A stretch of 64,000 bases of DNA from a bacterium (GCA_963633095.1 CAVGWP010000001.1:283-64282), one strand, 5' to 3'; positions 8,602 through 17,490 are shown, numbered from the stretch's first letter. Numbers and translations are program-made. The notes: generated by a model not told the origin, from the letters alone.

Positions 8602-8928
8602 TTATTTGCCGATGATAGCGAGCAGCTCCTCTTTCGACTGCAACCCGACTGATTTTGCGGCAGCTTCGCCGTTTTTAATAACGACAAATGTCGGAATACT
8701 GACAATTCCGAAGCTCTGCGCAAGCGGAAGATCGTCGTCTACATTGATCTTGCCGACTTTAAAGCCCTCGGCTTCATCGGCAATCTCATCGACGATCGGC
8801 GCCATCATTTTGCAAGGACCGCACCAAGTCGCCCAAAAATCGAGTAGCACAGGAACATCGGAGCTTTTGACCTCGGAATCATAATTCTCAGCTGTAATAG
8901 TTAAAACCTTTTCAGACATAGCACTCAC
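8602..8928 (-). CDS. trxA: Thioredoxin
   Basis: 108 aa with the active site WCGPC. Its start overlaps the upstream gene's stop by 4 nt (ATGA). Confidence 0.95.
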   Translation of the reverse strand: MSAMSEKVLTITAENYDSEVKSSDVPVLLDFWATWCGPCKMMAPIVDEIADEAEGFKVGKINVDDDLPLAQSFGIVSIPTFVVIKNGEAAAKSVGLQSKEELLAIIGK

Positions 8929-9122
8929 CTTTCTTTATAGTAAAGCCTGCAATGGCAATAGCCTTCAAAATTCGGATCGCGGACTTTATCGCGAAAATCC
9001 TTGCACATACATTTTGTATCCTCGCTGCGTTCGAGCAGGCAGGGGCAGTATCCGCCGGTGCGCTTTAGTCCTTCCTTGACCGTTTTGACGACCTCGGTAT
9101 TTTCATTAAGCCTAACCTTCAA
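8925..9122 (-). CDS. Ferredoxin-thioredoxin reductase catalytic-subunit-like protein
   Basis: Three Cys pairs, CPC...CMC...CHC, match the FTR catalytic-subunit pattern of a [4Fe-4S] cluster plus a redox disulfide. The start is set at TTG 9122, 8 nt after GGAGG. The longer ORF-track start (9173) overlaps the promoter. Confidence 0.7.
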   Translation of the reverse strand: MKVRLNENTEVVKTVKEGLKRTGGYCPCLLERSEDTKCMCKDFRDKVRDPNFEGYCHCRLYYKER

Positions 9123-9144
9123 GATTTTCACCTCCGTTTTCTTT

Positions 9145-9173
9145 ATTGTACACCAAATTAGTCTATTTTTCAA
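9145..9173 (-). promoter_or_regulatory. Sigma-A type promoter for the FTR-like/trxA pair
   Basis: The minus strand reads TTGAAA, 17-nt spacer, TACAAT. Confidence 0.5.
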
Positions 9174-9218
9174 CCTAATGTATCAATAAAATTGTTGCCG
9201 AAAATTTTTCTAATATTT

Positions 9219-9253
9219 AAAAAAACGAACCCCGTCAATTTTGACGGGGTTCG
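9219..9253 (-). terminator. Intrinsic terminator after nifJ
   Basis: The minus strand reads CGAACCCCGTC-AAAATT-GACGGGGTTCG followed by TTTTTTT. Confidence 0.9.
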
Positions 9254-9276
9254 AATCGATTAAGATCAGATGAGGA

Positions 9277-12200
9277 TCAGTCCTCGTAGAGTTTATGACG
9301 ATTCTTGAGCTGTTCATACTTCGCCTTAGCGTCCTTCTCTGCCTTAGCAAAGAGATTCTCTGCCTTCTCAGGGAATGCGCGCTTGAGCGAGCTGTAACGA
9401 ACTTCGTTGAGAATGAACTCCTGATAGTCCTTAGTCGGCTCCTTGCTGTCGAGAGTGAAGGGCTTCTCGCTGTCCGGATTGAATCTGAACAGATTCCAGT
9501 AGCCTGCTGCAACAGCGTTCTTCTCCTCGGTCTGAGCGATCGACATACCACCCTTGATACCGTGGTTGATACACGGAGCGTAAGCGATAACGATCGACGG
9601 GCCGTGATATGCTTCTGCCTCAGCGAAAGCCTTGATGCACTGGTTGTAATCAGCACCCATAGCAACCTGAGCAACATATACATAGCCGTAGCTCATTGCG
9701 ATCGAAGCGAGGTCCTTCTTCTTAACTACCTTACCGGAAGCTGCGAACTGAGCGATAGCACCGGTAGGAGTAGCCTTGGAAGCCTGACCGCCTGTGTTGG
9801 AGTAAACCTCTGTATCGAATACGAGAACATTAACATCCTCGCCCGAAGCGAGAACATGATCAAGTCCGCCGTAACCGATATCGTAAGCCCAACCGTCGCC
9901 GCCGAAGATCCACTGTGACTTCTTAGCGAGGAAATCGCCGTCGGCGATAATAGCCTCAACATCAGCCTTGAGCTCGTCCTTCGGATCAGCAGCCTCGAGA
10001 GCCGCGAGGTAATCAGCAGCAGCCTTCTTGTTTGCGCCGCTGTCGTTGAATGTCTCGATCCATGCCTTTGCAGCCTCGACTACATTGCCGCCGCAATCGC
10101 ATTTCTCGATGATATTGTTAGTGTGAGCGAGCAGTCTCTCACGCATAGCCTTCTGAGCCATTGCCATACCGTAGCCAAACTCAGCATTGTCCTCAAACAG
10201 GGAGTTAGCCCAAGCCGGACCGTGACCCTCTTTGTTGACGGTGTACGGAGTAGACGGTGACGAACCGCCCCAGATAGAGGAGCAGCCTGTTGCGTTGGCA
10301 ATGTACATTCTGTCGCCGAAGAGCTGAGTTGCGAGCTTAGCATACGGTGTCTCACCGCAGCCTGCGCAAGCGCCGGAGAACTCGAGCAGCGGCTGTTTAA
10401 ACTGACTTCCCTTAACGGTTGTTTCCTTGAATTTAGCAGCAACCTCAGGCTTCTCATCGAGCTTGACGCCCATATCAAAGACTTCCTGCTGATCGAGCTG
10501 ACCTTCAAGCGGCTTCATTGTGAGAGCCTTTTCGCCCTTGAAGCCGGGGCATACATTAGCGCAAGAGCCGCAGCCTGTGCAGTCGAGCACGGAAACGGTC
10601 ATAGCGAACTTGTAGCCGGGCATACCTGTCATATCCTTAGTCTTAGTCTGAGCCGGAGCAGCGGCTGTTTCGTCCTCGGTCAGAGCAACTGGACGGATAC
10701 AAGCGTGCGGGCAGACATAAGAGCAGAAGTTACACTGAATGCAGTTCTGCGGGTTCCATTCCGGAACATTAACAGCGATACCGCGCTTCTCAAATGCCGA
10801 AGAGCCGAGCGGAACTTCACCGTCTGCATCGTCAACAAATGCGGAAACGGGGAGATCGTTGCCGCGCTGAGCATTGATCGGGTTGAGGATGTTGTTGACA
10901 TAGTCGAGCAGTCTGTTGCCGCCGAGCTTGTTGTGAGCAGTCTCAGCACCATCGGTCGTGGTCGCCCAGTCAGCCGGAACATCGACCTTAACTGCGCCTA
11001 CGATACCGCGATCGATAGCGTCATAGTTCATCTGAACGATCTTGTCGCCCTTCTTGCCGTAGGACTTCTTAGCAGCAGCCTTCATCAGGTCAACAGCTGT
11101 CTCAGCCGGAATGATACCCGAAAGCTTGAAGAATGCCGACTGAAGGATCGTGTTGATACGGCCACCCAGACCAAGCTCCATAGCAATGTGTGTAGCGTCG
11201 ATCGTGTAGAACTGAATGTTGTTCTTAGCAATATAATTCTTAACCTTAGCCGGCAGGTGCTTCGAAAGAGCTTCTGTATCCCAGGAGCAGTTGAGCAGGA
11301 ATGTGCCGTTCGGCTTGATGTCCTCAACGATATCGTACTTATCCATGTACGACGGGTTGTGGCAAGCAACGAAGTCAGCCTGGTTGATAAGGTATGTCGA
11401 TTTGATCGGAGTCTTACCGAAACGCAGGTGGGAAATAGTTACGCCGCCCGACTTCTTGGAGTCGTAAGCGAAGTAGCCCTGAGCGTACATATCGGTGTTA
11501 TCGCCGATGATCTTGATCGAGTTCTTATTAGCACCGACAGTACCGTCAGAGCCGAGACCCCAGAACTTGCAGGCGTGTGTGCCTTCCGGAGCTGTTGCGG
11601 GCTCGCCCTTAACTTCGAGCGACAGACCTGTAACATCATCGTCAATACCGATAGTGAAGCGCTCTTTAGCGTCGGAAGCGCCCATGTTGTCATAAACAGC
11701 AACGATCTGACCCGGAGTTGTGTCCTTAGAACCGAGACCGTATCTGCCGGAGTAAACCTTAGCGTCCTTCTTGTCCGATGCGAACAGGGAAGCAACAACA
11801 TCGAGGTAAAGCGGTTCGCCGATCGAGCCGGGCTCCTTTGTTCTGTCGAGAACGGAGATGTACTTAGCTGTGGACGGGATAGCAGCAAGAAGATGCTTTG
11901 TGGAGAACGGTCTGTAAAGATGAACTTTAACAAGTCCGACCTTCTCACCCTTTGCAGCGAGGTAATCAATAGTCTCTTCAATAGTCTCGCAAACCGAACC
12001 CATAGCGATGATGACTTTCTCTGCGTCGGGTGCGCCGTAGTAGTTGAAGAGCTTGTAGTCTGTGCCGATCTTAGCGTTTACCTTGTTCATATAGTCCTCG
12101 GTAACGCCTACGATCTCGTCATAGTACTTGTTGCATGCCTCTCTTGCCTGGAAGAAGATATCCGGGTTCTGAGCGGTACCGCGCTGTGCCGGATGCTCAG

Positions 12201-12828
12201 GGTTGAGCGAACGGCGGCGGAATGCTGCAACAGCGTCTTTATCGAGCAGATCGTCAAGATCTTTATAATCCCAAACTTCGATCTTCTGGATCTCGTGCGA
12301 AGTACGGAAACCATCGAAGAAGTGGATAAACGGAACTCTGCCTTTAATTGTGGACAGATGAGCTACTGCTGCGAGATCCATAGCCTCCTGCGGGCTGTTG
12401 GAGCAAAGCATAGCGTAGCCGGTCTGACGGCAGGCATATACATCGGAGTGGTCGCCGAAAATGTTCAGAGCGTGGGAAGCAACGCAGCGAGCGGATACAT
12501 GAATAACGCTCGGAAGCAGTTCGCCTGCCATTTTGTACATATTCGGGATCATAAGAAGAAGTCCCTGCGAAGCGGTGTAGGTGGTTGTGAGCGCGCCGGC
12601 TGTCAGCGAGCCGTGAACAGCGCCTGCTGCGCCGCCCTCGGACTGCATTTCGGAAATGCGAACTTCCTGACCGAACAGGTTTTTAGTGCCTGCAACAGCC
12701 ATCTTGTCGGTTTCCTCTGCCATTACCGAAGAGGGAGTGATGGGGTAGATCGCGGCGACATCAGTGAACGCATACGACGCGTACGCGGTAGCACTGTTGC
12801 CGTCCATGGTCTTCATTTTTCTTGCCAT
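9277..12828 (-). CDS. nifJ: Pyruvate:ferredoxin (flavodoxin) oxidoreductase, single-polypeptide type
   Basis: About 1183 aa and collinear with NifJ/PFOR. It has two ferredoxin-type CxxCxxCxxxCP motifs (CIQCNFCSYVCP, CTGCGSCANVCP) and the TPP motif GGDGWAYDIG. Start is ATG 12828 after AGGAGG. Confidence 0.96.
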   Translation of the reverse strand: MARKMKTMDGNSATAYASYAFTDVAAIYPITPSSVMAEETDKMAVAGTKNLFGQEVRISEMQSEGGAAGAVHGSLTAGALTTTYTASQGLLLMIPNMYKMAGELLPSVIHVSARCVASHALNIFGDHSDVYACRQTGYAMLCSNSPQEAMDLAAVAHLSTIKGRVPFIHFFDGFRTSHEIQKIEVWDYKDLDDLLDKDAVAAFRRRSLNPEHPAQRGTAQNPDIFFQAREACNKYYDEIVGVTEDYMNKVNAKIGTDYKLFNYYGAPDAEKVIIAMGSVCETIEETIDYLAAKGEKVGLVKVHLYRPFSTKHLLAAIPSTAKYISVLDRTKEPGSIGEPLYLDVVASLFASDKKDAKVYSGRYGLGSKDTTPGQIVAVYDNMGASDAKERFTIGIDDDVTGLSLEVKGEPATAPEGTHACKFWGLGSDGTVGANKNSIKIIGDNTDMYAQGYFAYDSKKSGGVTISHLRFGKTPIKSTYLINQADFVACHNPSYMDKYDIVEDIKPNGTFLLNCSWDTEALSKHLPAKVKNYIAKNNIQFYTIDATHIAMELGLGGRINTILQSAFFKLSGIIPAETAVDLMKAAAKKSYGKKGDKIVQMNYDAIDRGIVGAVKVDVPADWATTTDGAETAHNKLGGNRLLDYVNNILNPINAQRGNDLPVSAFVDDADGEVPLGSSAFEKRGIAVNVPEWNPQNCIQCNFCSYVCPHACIRPVALTEDETAAAPAQTKTKDMTGMPGYKFAMTVSVLDCTGCGSCANVCPGFKGEKALTMKPLEGQLDQQEVFDMGVKLDEKPEVAAKFKETTVKGSQFKQPLLEFSGACAGCGETPYAKLATQLFGDRMYIANATGCSSIWGGSSPSTPYTVNKEGHGPAWANSLFEDNAEFGYGMAMAQKAMRERLLAHTNNIIEKCDCGGNVVEAAKAWIETFNDSGANKKAAADYLAALEAADPKDELKADVEAIIADGDFLAKKSQWIFGGDGWAYDIGYGGLDHVLASGEDVNVLVFDTEVYSNTGGQASKATPTGAIAQFAASGKVVKKKDLASIAMSYGYVYVAQVAMGADYNQCIKAFAEAEAYHGPSIVIAYAPCINHGIKGGMSIAQTEEKNAVAAGYWNLFRFNPDSEKPFTLDSKEPTKDYQEFILNEVRYSSLKRAFPEKAENLFAKAEKDAKAKYEQLKNRHKLYED

Positions 12829-12906
12829 TTTCGTAATCCTCCTGATTCTAACTTGAATACCGAATGTTAAATAAATAACGATACGATCCAATATTCATAC
12901 ACATTC

Positions 12907-12935
12907 ATTTTATCACCGTTGAGCCCTGTTGTAAA
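12907..12935 (-). promoter_or_regulatory. Sigma-A type promoter for nifJ
   Basis: The minus strand reads TTTACA, 17-nt spacer, TAAAAT, with TG at the extended -10 position. Confidence 0.45.
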
Positions 12936-13025
12936 GAGGAAAATTACAAAAAAATAAGTTTTTTCGGCATAGCGGCGGGCTGGTTTGCCTTAAACCCGAT
13001 CATGCTCATGCTGAGATTTTTATTA

Positions 13026-13054
13026 TTGACTTATCGGGAATATGAGGGTATAAT
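13026..13054 (+). promoter_or_regulatory. Sigma-A type promoter for corA
   Basis: TTGACT, 17-nt spacer, TATAAT. It leaves a leader of about 200 nt before GTG 13258. Confidence 0.55.
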
Positions 13055-13257
13055 AAATTGAGTGAATGTCCTCGCCGACAATGTCGGTGTTTAACATTTC
13101 TATTAAAATTCAGATCATATTCAGATCATAAAATGAAAGGCAGGTGGAAACCGTGAAACCCGATCCGGCTCGACCGCGAAGTAGAATAATAAAACACAGT
13201 TCGGTGTGCGCGGTTCCCGCTGTTTGTTTTGCCGCGCCCCGATAAGGGGGTATTTTC

Positions 13258-14199
13258 GTGATAACTTATTACACGAGCATCGACAACTGTATCTGCAGGA
13301 TAGAGTCTGCCGAGCCCGGCTGCTGGGTCAATGTTATCGATCCGGAGCCGGAAGAAATAAAGCTTCTCAGAACCACCTTCGGTATTGATGAGGAGTATAT
13401 CAAGTCCTCGCTCGATGAGGAGGAGTCCGCCCGTATCGAATCGGAGGACGGCACGACATTTCTGATCTACGATGTGCCGTATGCCGAACGCGAGGAGGAC
13501 GATATTATCTACTACACAATGCCTGTCGGCGTTGTTATCCTGCCGCAGTTTTTGGTGACTATTTCGCTGAAAGACAATCCTGTTATCATGGATTTTGCGC
13601 AGGGCGTTGTTAAAAATGTCAAGACATCTTATAAGACAAGCTTTGTTTTGCGTATGCTTTTCCGCATGGCGACACGGTTTTTGCAATATCTGAAGCAGAT
13701 CGACAAGCATTCTTCAAACCTTGAAACAAGGCTCAGAAAATCGATGAAAAACAAGGAGCTGATCCAGCTTCTCGGTCTGCAAAAATCGCTGGTTTATTTT
13801 CAGACCTCGCTTAAATCGAATAATTCGATGCTTGAGAAAATGCTCAGAGGCAAGTATGTCAAGCTGTATGAGGACGATGAGGATCTTCTCGAAGATGTTC
13901 TCATCGAGCTAAAGCAGGCTATCGAAATGGCGGATATTTATTCGTCCGTCCTTTCGGGAACGATGGACGCATTCGCCTCTGTTATCTCAAACAACCTGAA
14001 TATCAGCATGAAATTTCTCTCGGTGCTGACGATCATTATGTCCATTCCGTCGATCATTTTCGGATTTTACGGTATGAATATCGGAGAAGATGCTTCAGGT
14101 GCTTTGCCGTTTGCGGGGACGATATGGTTTCCCCTTGCGCTGACAGTTGTTTCAGCCGGCATTGTTTGGTGGATAATGTACAAAAAGAAGATGTTTTGA
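13258..14199 (+). CDS. corA: CorA-family magnesium/cobalt transporter
   Basis: 313 aa with two C-terminal TM helices and the signature YGMN loop (FGFYGMNIG). GTG start lies 7 nt after AAGGGGG. Confidence 0.9.
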   Translation: MITYYTSIDNCICRIESAEPGCWVNVIDPEPEEIKLLRTTFGIDEEYIKSSLDEEESARIESEDGTTFLIYDVPYAEREEDDIIYYTMPVGVVILPQFLVTISLKDNPVIMDFAQGVVKNVKTSYKTSFVLRMLFRMATRFLQYLKQIDKHSSNLETRLRKSMKNKELIQLLGLQKSLVYFQTSLKSNNSMLEKMLRGKYVKLYEDDEDLLEDVLIELKQAIEMADIYSSVLSGTMDAFASVISNNLNISMKFLSVLTIIMSIPSIIFGFYGMNIGEDASGALPFAGTIWFPLALTVVSAGIVWWIMYKKKMF

Positions 14200-14201
14200 G
14201 G

Positions 14202-14230
14202 TTGACAAACCGAATTTCATCTGTTACAAT
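14202..14230 (+). promoter_or_regulatory. Sigma-A type promoter for the tyrS T-box leader
   Basis: TTGACA, 17-nt spacer, TACAAT. Confidence 0.6.
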
Positions 14231-14236
14231 TACCGT

Positions 14237-14497
14237 ATAGTAAAAAGACTGCGAACGAAAGAAGTAGCCCGATAACCGCATCCAAAGAGAGCCGGCGGCA
14301 GGTGTGAGCCGGTGAGCGTTTCGGGGGAAATACATTCGGGAGTCTGCTCGGTGAATAAAGTAGCCGCGCACGGGATCGCCCGTTACAGCGAGGCGGGATC
14401 GCTTTTGCCGTCCCGAATGAGATGCCGCGTCTGCGGCAACTGAGGTGGTACCGCGATAATTCGCCCTCTGCATTTTGCAGAGGGCTTTTATGTTTTT
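14237..14497 (+). promoter_or_regulatory. T-box leader (tyrosine specifier) with terminator/antiterminator
   Basis: AGAGA box at about 14286. The specifier-loop context GAAA-UAC-A places the Tyr codon at 14331-14333. The conserved T-box sequence TGAGGTGGTACCGCG is at 14441-14455. The terminator GCCCTCTGCA...TGCAGAGGGC plus TTTT is at 14463-14497. Confidence 0.9.
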
Positions 14498-14566
14498 CGG
14501 CAAAGATCGTTTTCATGCTGAAAGGCAGGATAAACTACACATATATTTATTTTAAGGAGAATTGTA

Positions 14567-15793
14567 ATGGGAGTTTTTGAAGAACTTAAAGGGCGCGGCA
14601 TGATCGCGCAGATGACAAACGAGGAGCAGGTTCGGCATCTGCTCAATGAAGAGAAGATCAAATTCTATATCGGCTTTGATCCCACGGCTGACAGCCTTCA
14701 TGTCGGACATTTCGTGCAGGTCATGGTAATGTCGCATATGCAGAAGGCGGGTCATACTCCGATCGCGCTTTTCGGCGGCGGCACAGGCATGATCGGCGAC
14801 CCCTCCGGCAAGACCGATATGAGAAAAATGCTCACAAGAGAGACTATTGAGTATAACATCTCGCGCTTTAAGGAGCAGATGTCTAAGCTTATCAACTTTT
14901 CCGACGGCAAGGCGATCATGGTCAACAATGCCGATTGGCTGATGAACCTCAACTATGTTGAATTTCTGCGCGAGGTCGGAGTTCATTTCTCGGTGAACAG
15001 AATGCTTGCGGCTGAGTGCTATAAGCAACGTCTTGAGAGAGGACTTTCGTTCTTCGAGATGAACTATATGATCATGCAAAGCTACGATTTCCTGACACTC
15101 AACCGTAAATACGGCTGCGTTATGGAGCTCGGCGGCGACGATCAGTGGAGCAATATCATCGGCGGCGTCGAGCTTTGCCGCAGAGCAGATAACAAGGATG
15201 TCTACGGTATGACATTCGCCCTGCTCCAGACGAGTGACGGCAGAAAGATGGGCAAAACGGAGAAGGGCGCTGTATGGCTTGACCCCGACAAGACCCCGCC
15301 TTATGAATTTTTCCAGTATTGGCGCAATGTTGACGACGCCGATGTTATAAAGTGCATGAAGCTGCTGACATTTATGCCGCTCGAAGAGATCGCGGAGTAT
15401 GAAAAGCTTAGCGGCTCCGAGCTGAACGCTGCAAAGGAAAAGCTCGCTTTTGAAGTGACCTCGCTTATCCACGGCAAGGACGAAGCCGAAAAGGCTCTCA
15501 CCGCCGCAAAAGCACTGTTTACAAAGGGTGCGGCGGATGCTAATATGCCTTCGACTGAGATAACCGACGAAGATCTTGCGGACGGCAAGGTCGGAATACT
15601 CGAGCTTATGATGAAAGCAAAGCTTGCGCCTTCAAAGGGTGAGGCTCGCCGGCTCGTTCAGCAGGGCGGTGTCTCGGTGGATGATGAAAAGGTCGCAGAT
15701 ATTGCGTTCTCGCTCAGCCGCGAGGATTTCTCAAAGGGCTATATTGTCATCAAAAAGGGCAAAAAGGTATTTCATAAGATAATCCTGAAATAA
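14567..15793 (+). CDS. tyrS: Tyrosyl-tRNA synthetase
   Basis: 408 aa with a HIGH-type motif (LHVGH), a KMSKS-type motif (KMGKT) and a C-terminal S4-like domain. Confidence 0.96.
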   Translation: MGVFEELKGRGMIAQMTNEEQVRHLLNEEKIKFYIGFDPTADSLHVGHFVQVMVMSHMQKAGHTPIALFGGGTGMIGDPSGKTDMRKMLTRETIEYNISRFKEQMSKLINFSDGKAIMVNNADWLMNLNYVEFLREVGVHFSVNRMLAAECYKQRLERGLSFFEMNYMIMQSYDFLTLNRKYGCVMELGGDDQWSNIIGGVELCRRADNKDVYGMTFALLQTSDGRKMGKTEKGAVWLDPDKTPPYEFFQYWRNVDDADVIKCMKLLTFMPLEEIAEYEKLSGSELNAAKEKLAFEVTSLIHGKDEAEKALTAAKALFTKGAADANMPSTEITDEDLADGKVGILELMMKAKLAPSKGEARRLVQQGGVSVDDEKVADIAFSLSREDFSKGYIVIKKGKKVFHKIILK

Positions 15794-15807
15794 AAAAAGG
15801 GGGGCTT

Positions 15808-16152
15808 ATTATCAAAGTCGCCGTTGTAGGTTCAAGGGACTGCAAGATCGCCGATCTCGGCACATATTTGCCGGACGGGACAGACTGTATCGTTTCGGGC
15901 GGCGCGCGCGGGATCGACCGCTGCGCCGCCGACTATGCCCGCCGACACAGCCTGCAGCTTATCGAGTTTCTGCCCGACTATGAGCAATACGGCAGGCGCG
16001 CTCCGCTTATCCGCAACATGGATATTGTGCGCGAGTGCGATATGCTGATCGCCTTTTGGGATGGGAAAAGCCGAGGCACAAAGTTCACTCTGAACGAAGC
16101 AAAAAAGCAGGGCAAGCCTTTTAAGGTCTATGCCTGCGAAATAAAATCGTAA
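15808..16152 (+). CDS. SLOG/DUF2493-family protein (DprA/LOG-like Rossmann fold), apparently using a non-canonical ATT/ATC start
   Basis: The conserved N-terminal strand KVAVVGSRD is in frame but upstream of the first ATG/GTG/TTG (15868). The frame opens after stop 15775-15777. An AGGGGGG RBS lies just before ATT 15808 and ATC 15811. The rest matches the GGARGID...WDGKSRGT pattern. Confidence 0.6.
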   Translation: MIKVAVVGSRDCKIADLGTYLPDGTDCIVSGGARGIDRCAADYARRHSLQLIEFLPDYEQYGRRAPLIRNMDIVRECDMLIAFWDGKSRGTKFTLNEAKKQGKPFKVYACEIKS

Positions 16153-16193
16153 AAAAACAGGTCGAACGGAATTTCCGTTCGACCTGTCGCTTT
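16152..16193. terminator. Bidirectional intrinsic terminator
   Basis: ACAGGTCGAACGGA and TCCGTTCGACCTGT pair perfectly (14 bp), flanked by an A-run and a T-run. It sits between convergent genes. Confidence 0.9.
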
Positions 16194-16196
16194 AAG

Positions 16197-17126
16197 CTAA
16201 TCCTTCCAGAGCACTTTATACACCTTCTGTATCTTTGCGACACGCTCATCGGTTATCGCACCAATGGTTTTTTTGATATGAGCGTATGTCTTCGGCATCT
16301 TGGCTTTCAGGTTTGCGTTGTCTGTGACATACAGCGCATAGCAGCTCGCAAAAAATTCGCTTTGACTTTGAGTTGCATAGCTCTTATCCGACTTTTTATA
16401 ATACTTCGATTTTTCGGCGTTGTAGATACTTGTGAACGATGAGCCGTCGCCCGCCCCGACAAATCCGACAAAGTGACCGATTTCGTGGTAGATAGTGTTG
16501 GAGTCATCACTGATTGCAACAAGGCGGGCTTTAGTGTCATACCAGCCGCCGGGGAAGTTGAGATCTGCTTTCACACGGTAGCCGAGATCATTGAACGCCT
16601 TGACGATATTGGCATCAATTCGAGCGGCTGTTTTCGCTTTCAGCTTTTCTGTGGCGGCGTATGCCTTTTTCTTGACGGTCGTGGTGGTCGTGACCTTGGT
16701 AGTCCTGACCTTTTTAGTCAAGCCTTTTGTGTATTTATCGGTGATGATCGTTCTTGTTTTGACAGTTGTCGTCTCCTGGAAATATGTGTACTTAACGGTA
16801 TTTGTTTTACTCTTTGTCTTATCGGAAACCTTTGTGGTTTTTGTAGACGACGATTTGACGACCTTGCCTTTGCTGTTTTTCAGCGTTATATTCTTCGTTG
16901 ACGAAACGGTTTTTGTGGATGTTTTTGTGCGCGTCGAAACGGTGGTTTTTGATGTGTCTTTTAAGTCTGACCACGTGAGCGGCGTGAGCGACAGTTCTTC
17001 GACATCCTCCGCCTTCGCACCGACTGCTGCGCCGGGCAGCATTGGGAGCGCACCTGCCGTTATAACGATCGATAAGACAACGGCTGAAATTTTTGAAACA
17101 AAGCTTCTCATTGCTGTTGCAGACAC
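16197..17126 (-). CDS. Secreted zinc metallopeptidase, anthrax-lethal-factor/PPEP (M34)-like C-terminal domain
   Basis: Signal peptide (SKISAVVLSIVITAGALPMLPGAAVGAKA). A K/T/S-rich low-complexity region of about 110 aa follows. The C-terminal domain has HEIGH and a downstream SEFFA motif. Start is uncertain (GTG 17126 or ATG 17111). Confidence 0.65.
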   Translation of the reverse strand: MSATAMRSFVSKISAVVLSIVITAGALPMLPGAAVGAKAEDVEELSLTPLTWSDLKDTSKTTVSTRTKTSTKTVSSTKNITLKNSKGKVVKSSSTKTTKVSDKTKSKTNTVKYTYFQETTTVKTRTIITDKYTKGLTKKVRTTKVTTTTTVKKKAYAATEKLKAKTAARIDANIVKAFNDLGYRVKADLNFPGGWYDTKARLVAISDDSNTIYHEIGHFVGFVGAGDGSSFTSIYNAEKSKYYKKSDKSYATQSQSEFFASCYALYVTDNANLKAKMPKTYAHIKKTIGAITDERVAKIQKVYKVLWKD

Positions 17127-17347
17127 GATATGATCGGTCTGCTCCCCCCCTTTTTGTTTTTATTATGATTTGAAAACCAAGATATCCCTATTCTTATTAT
17201 ACACGGAATTTCTGCATTGTCAACACAATATTTATATAAATGTATAACAATTTTAAATATTTTTGAGCAAATAGAATAAAGTAGTCTTTAAAAACGCGGC
17301 AAAGCGACTTGAAAAACCCGAATCATCGCATATTTTGAATTTTTGTG

Positions 17348-17376
17348 TTGACAATTATAATATGTACAGCTATAAT
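17348..17376 (+). promoter_or_regulatory. Consensus sigma-A promoter for the TPP riboswitch/thiT transcript
   Basis: TTGACA, 17-nt spacer, TATAAT. Confidence 0.7.
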
Positions 17377-17384
17377 GAAAATGA

Positions 17385-17482
17385 ACTGAATAGGGGTGCT
17401 GGTGCAAGCCGGCTGAGATCGAGCGTAATGCCGCTCGGGACCCATATAACCTGATACGGATAATGCCGGCGTAGGAATTGAT
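17385..17482 (+). promoter_or_regulatory. TPP (THI-box) riboswitch
   Basis: The conserved blocks GGGGTGC, GCTGAGA, ACCC, AACCTGATACGGATAATGCCGGCGTAGGAA appear in canonical order. Confidence 0.93.
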
Positions 17483-17490
17483 TTGATCTT

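Noticed and set aside
9123-9173. N-terminal extension of the FTR-like ORF (the ORF track starts it at 9173).
   Set aside because: The extension overlaps a good -35/-10 promoter and precedes the GGAGG RBS. The downstream TTG/GTG start gives a protein of typical FTR-catalytic-domain size.
10705-12870. A 721-aa ORF on the plus strand, antisense to nifJ.
   Set aside because: The opposite strand encodes a complete, motif-perfect PFOR. The antisense translation is low-complexity (rich in S, R, V and L), has no motifs or RBS, and is best explained by codon-usage-driven depletion of stop codons.
12829-12891. N-terminal extension of nifJ (MDRIVIYLTFGIQVRIRRITK).
   Set aside because: AGGAGG lies directly upstream of ATG 12828, and PFOR homologues begin near MxxxMKTMDGN.
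13055-13257. M-box (Mg2+) riboswitch upstream of corA.
   Set aside because: The conserved M-box sequence blocks I can recall are absent. The region is kept only as an unclassified structured leader in the findings.
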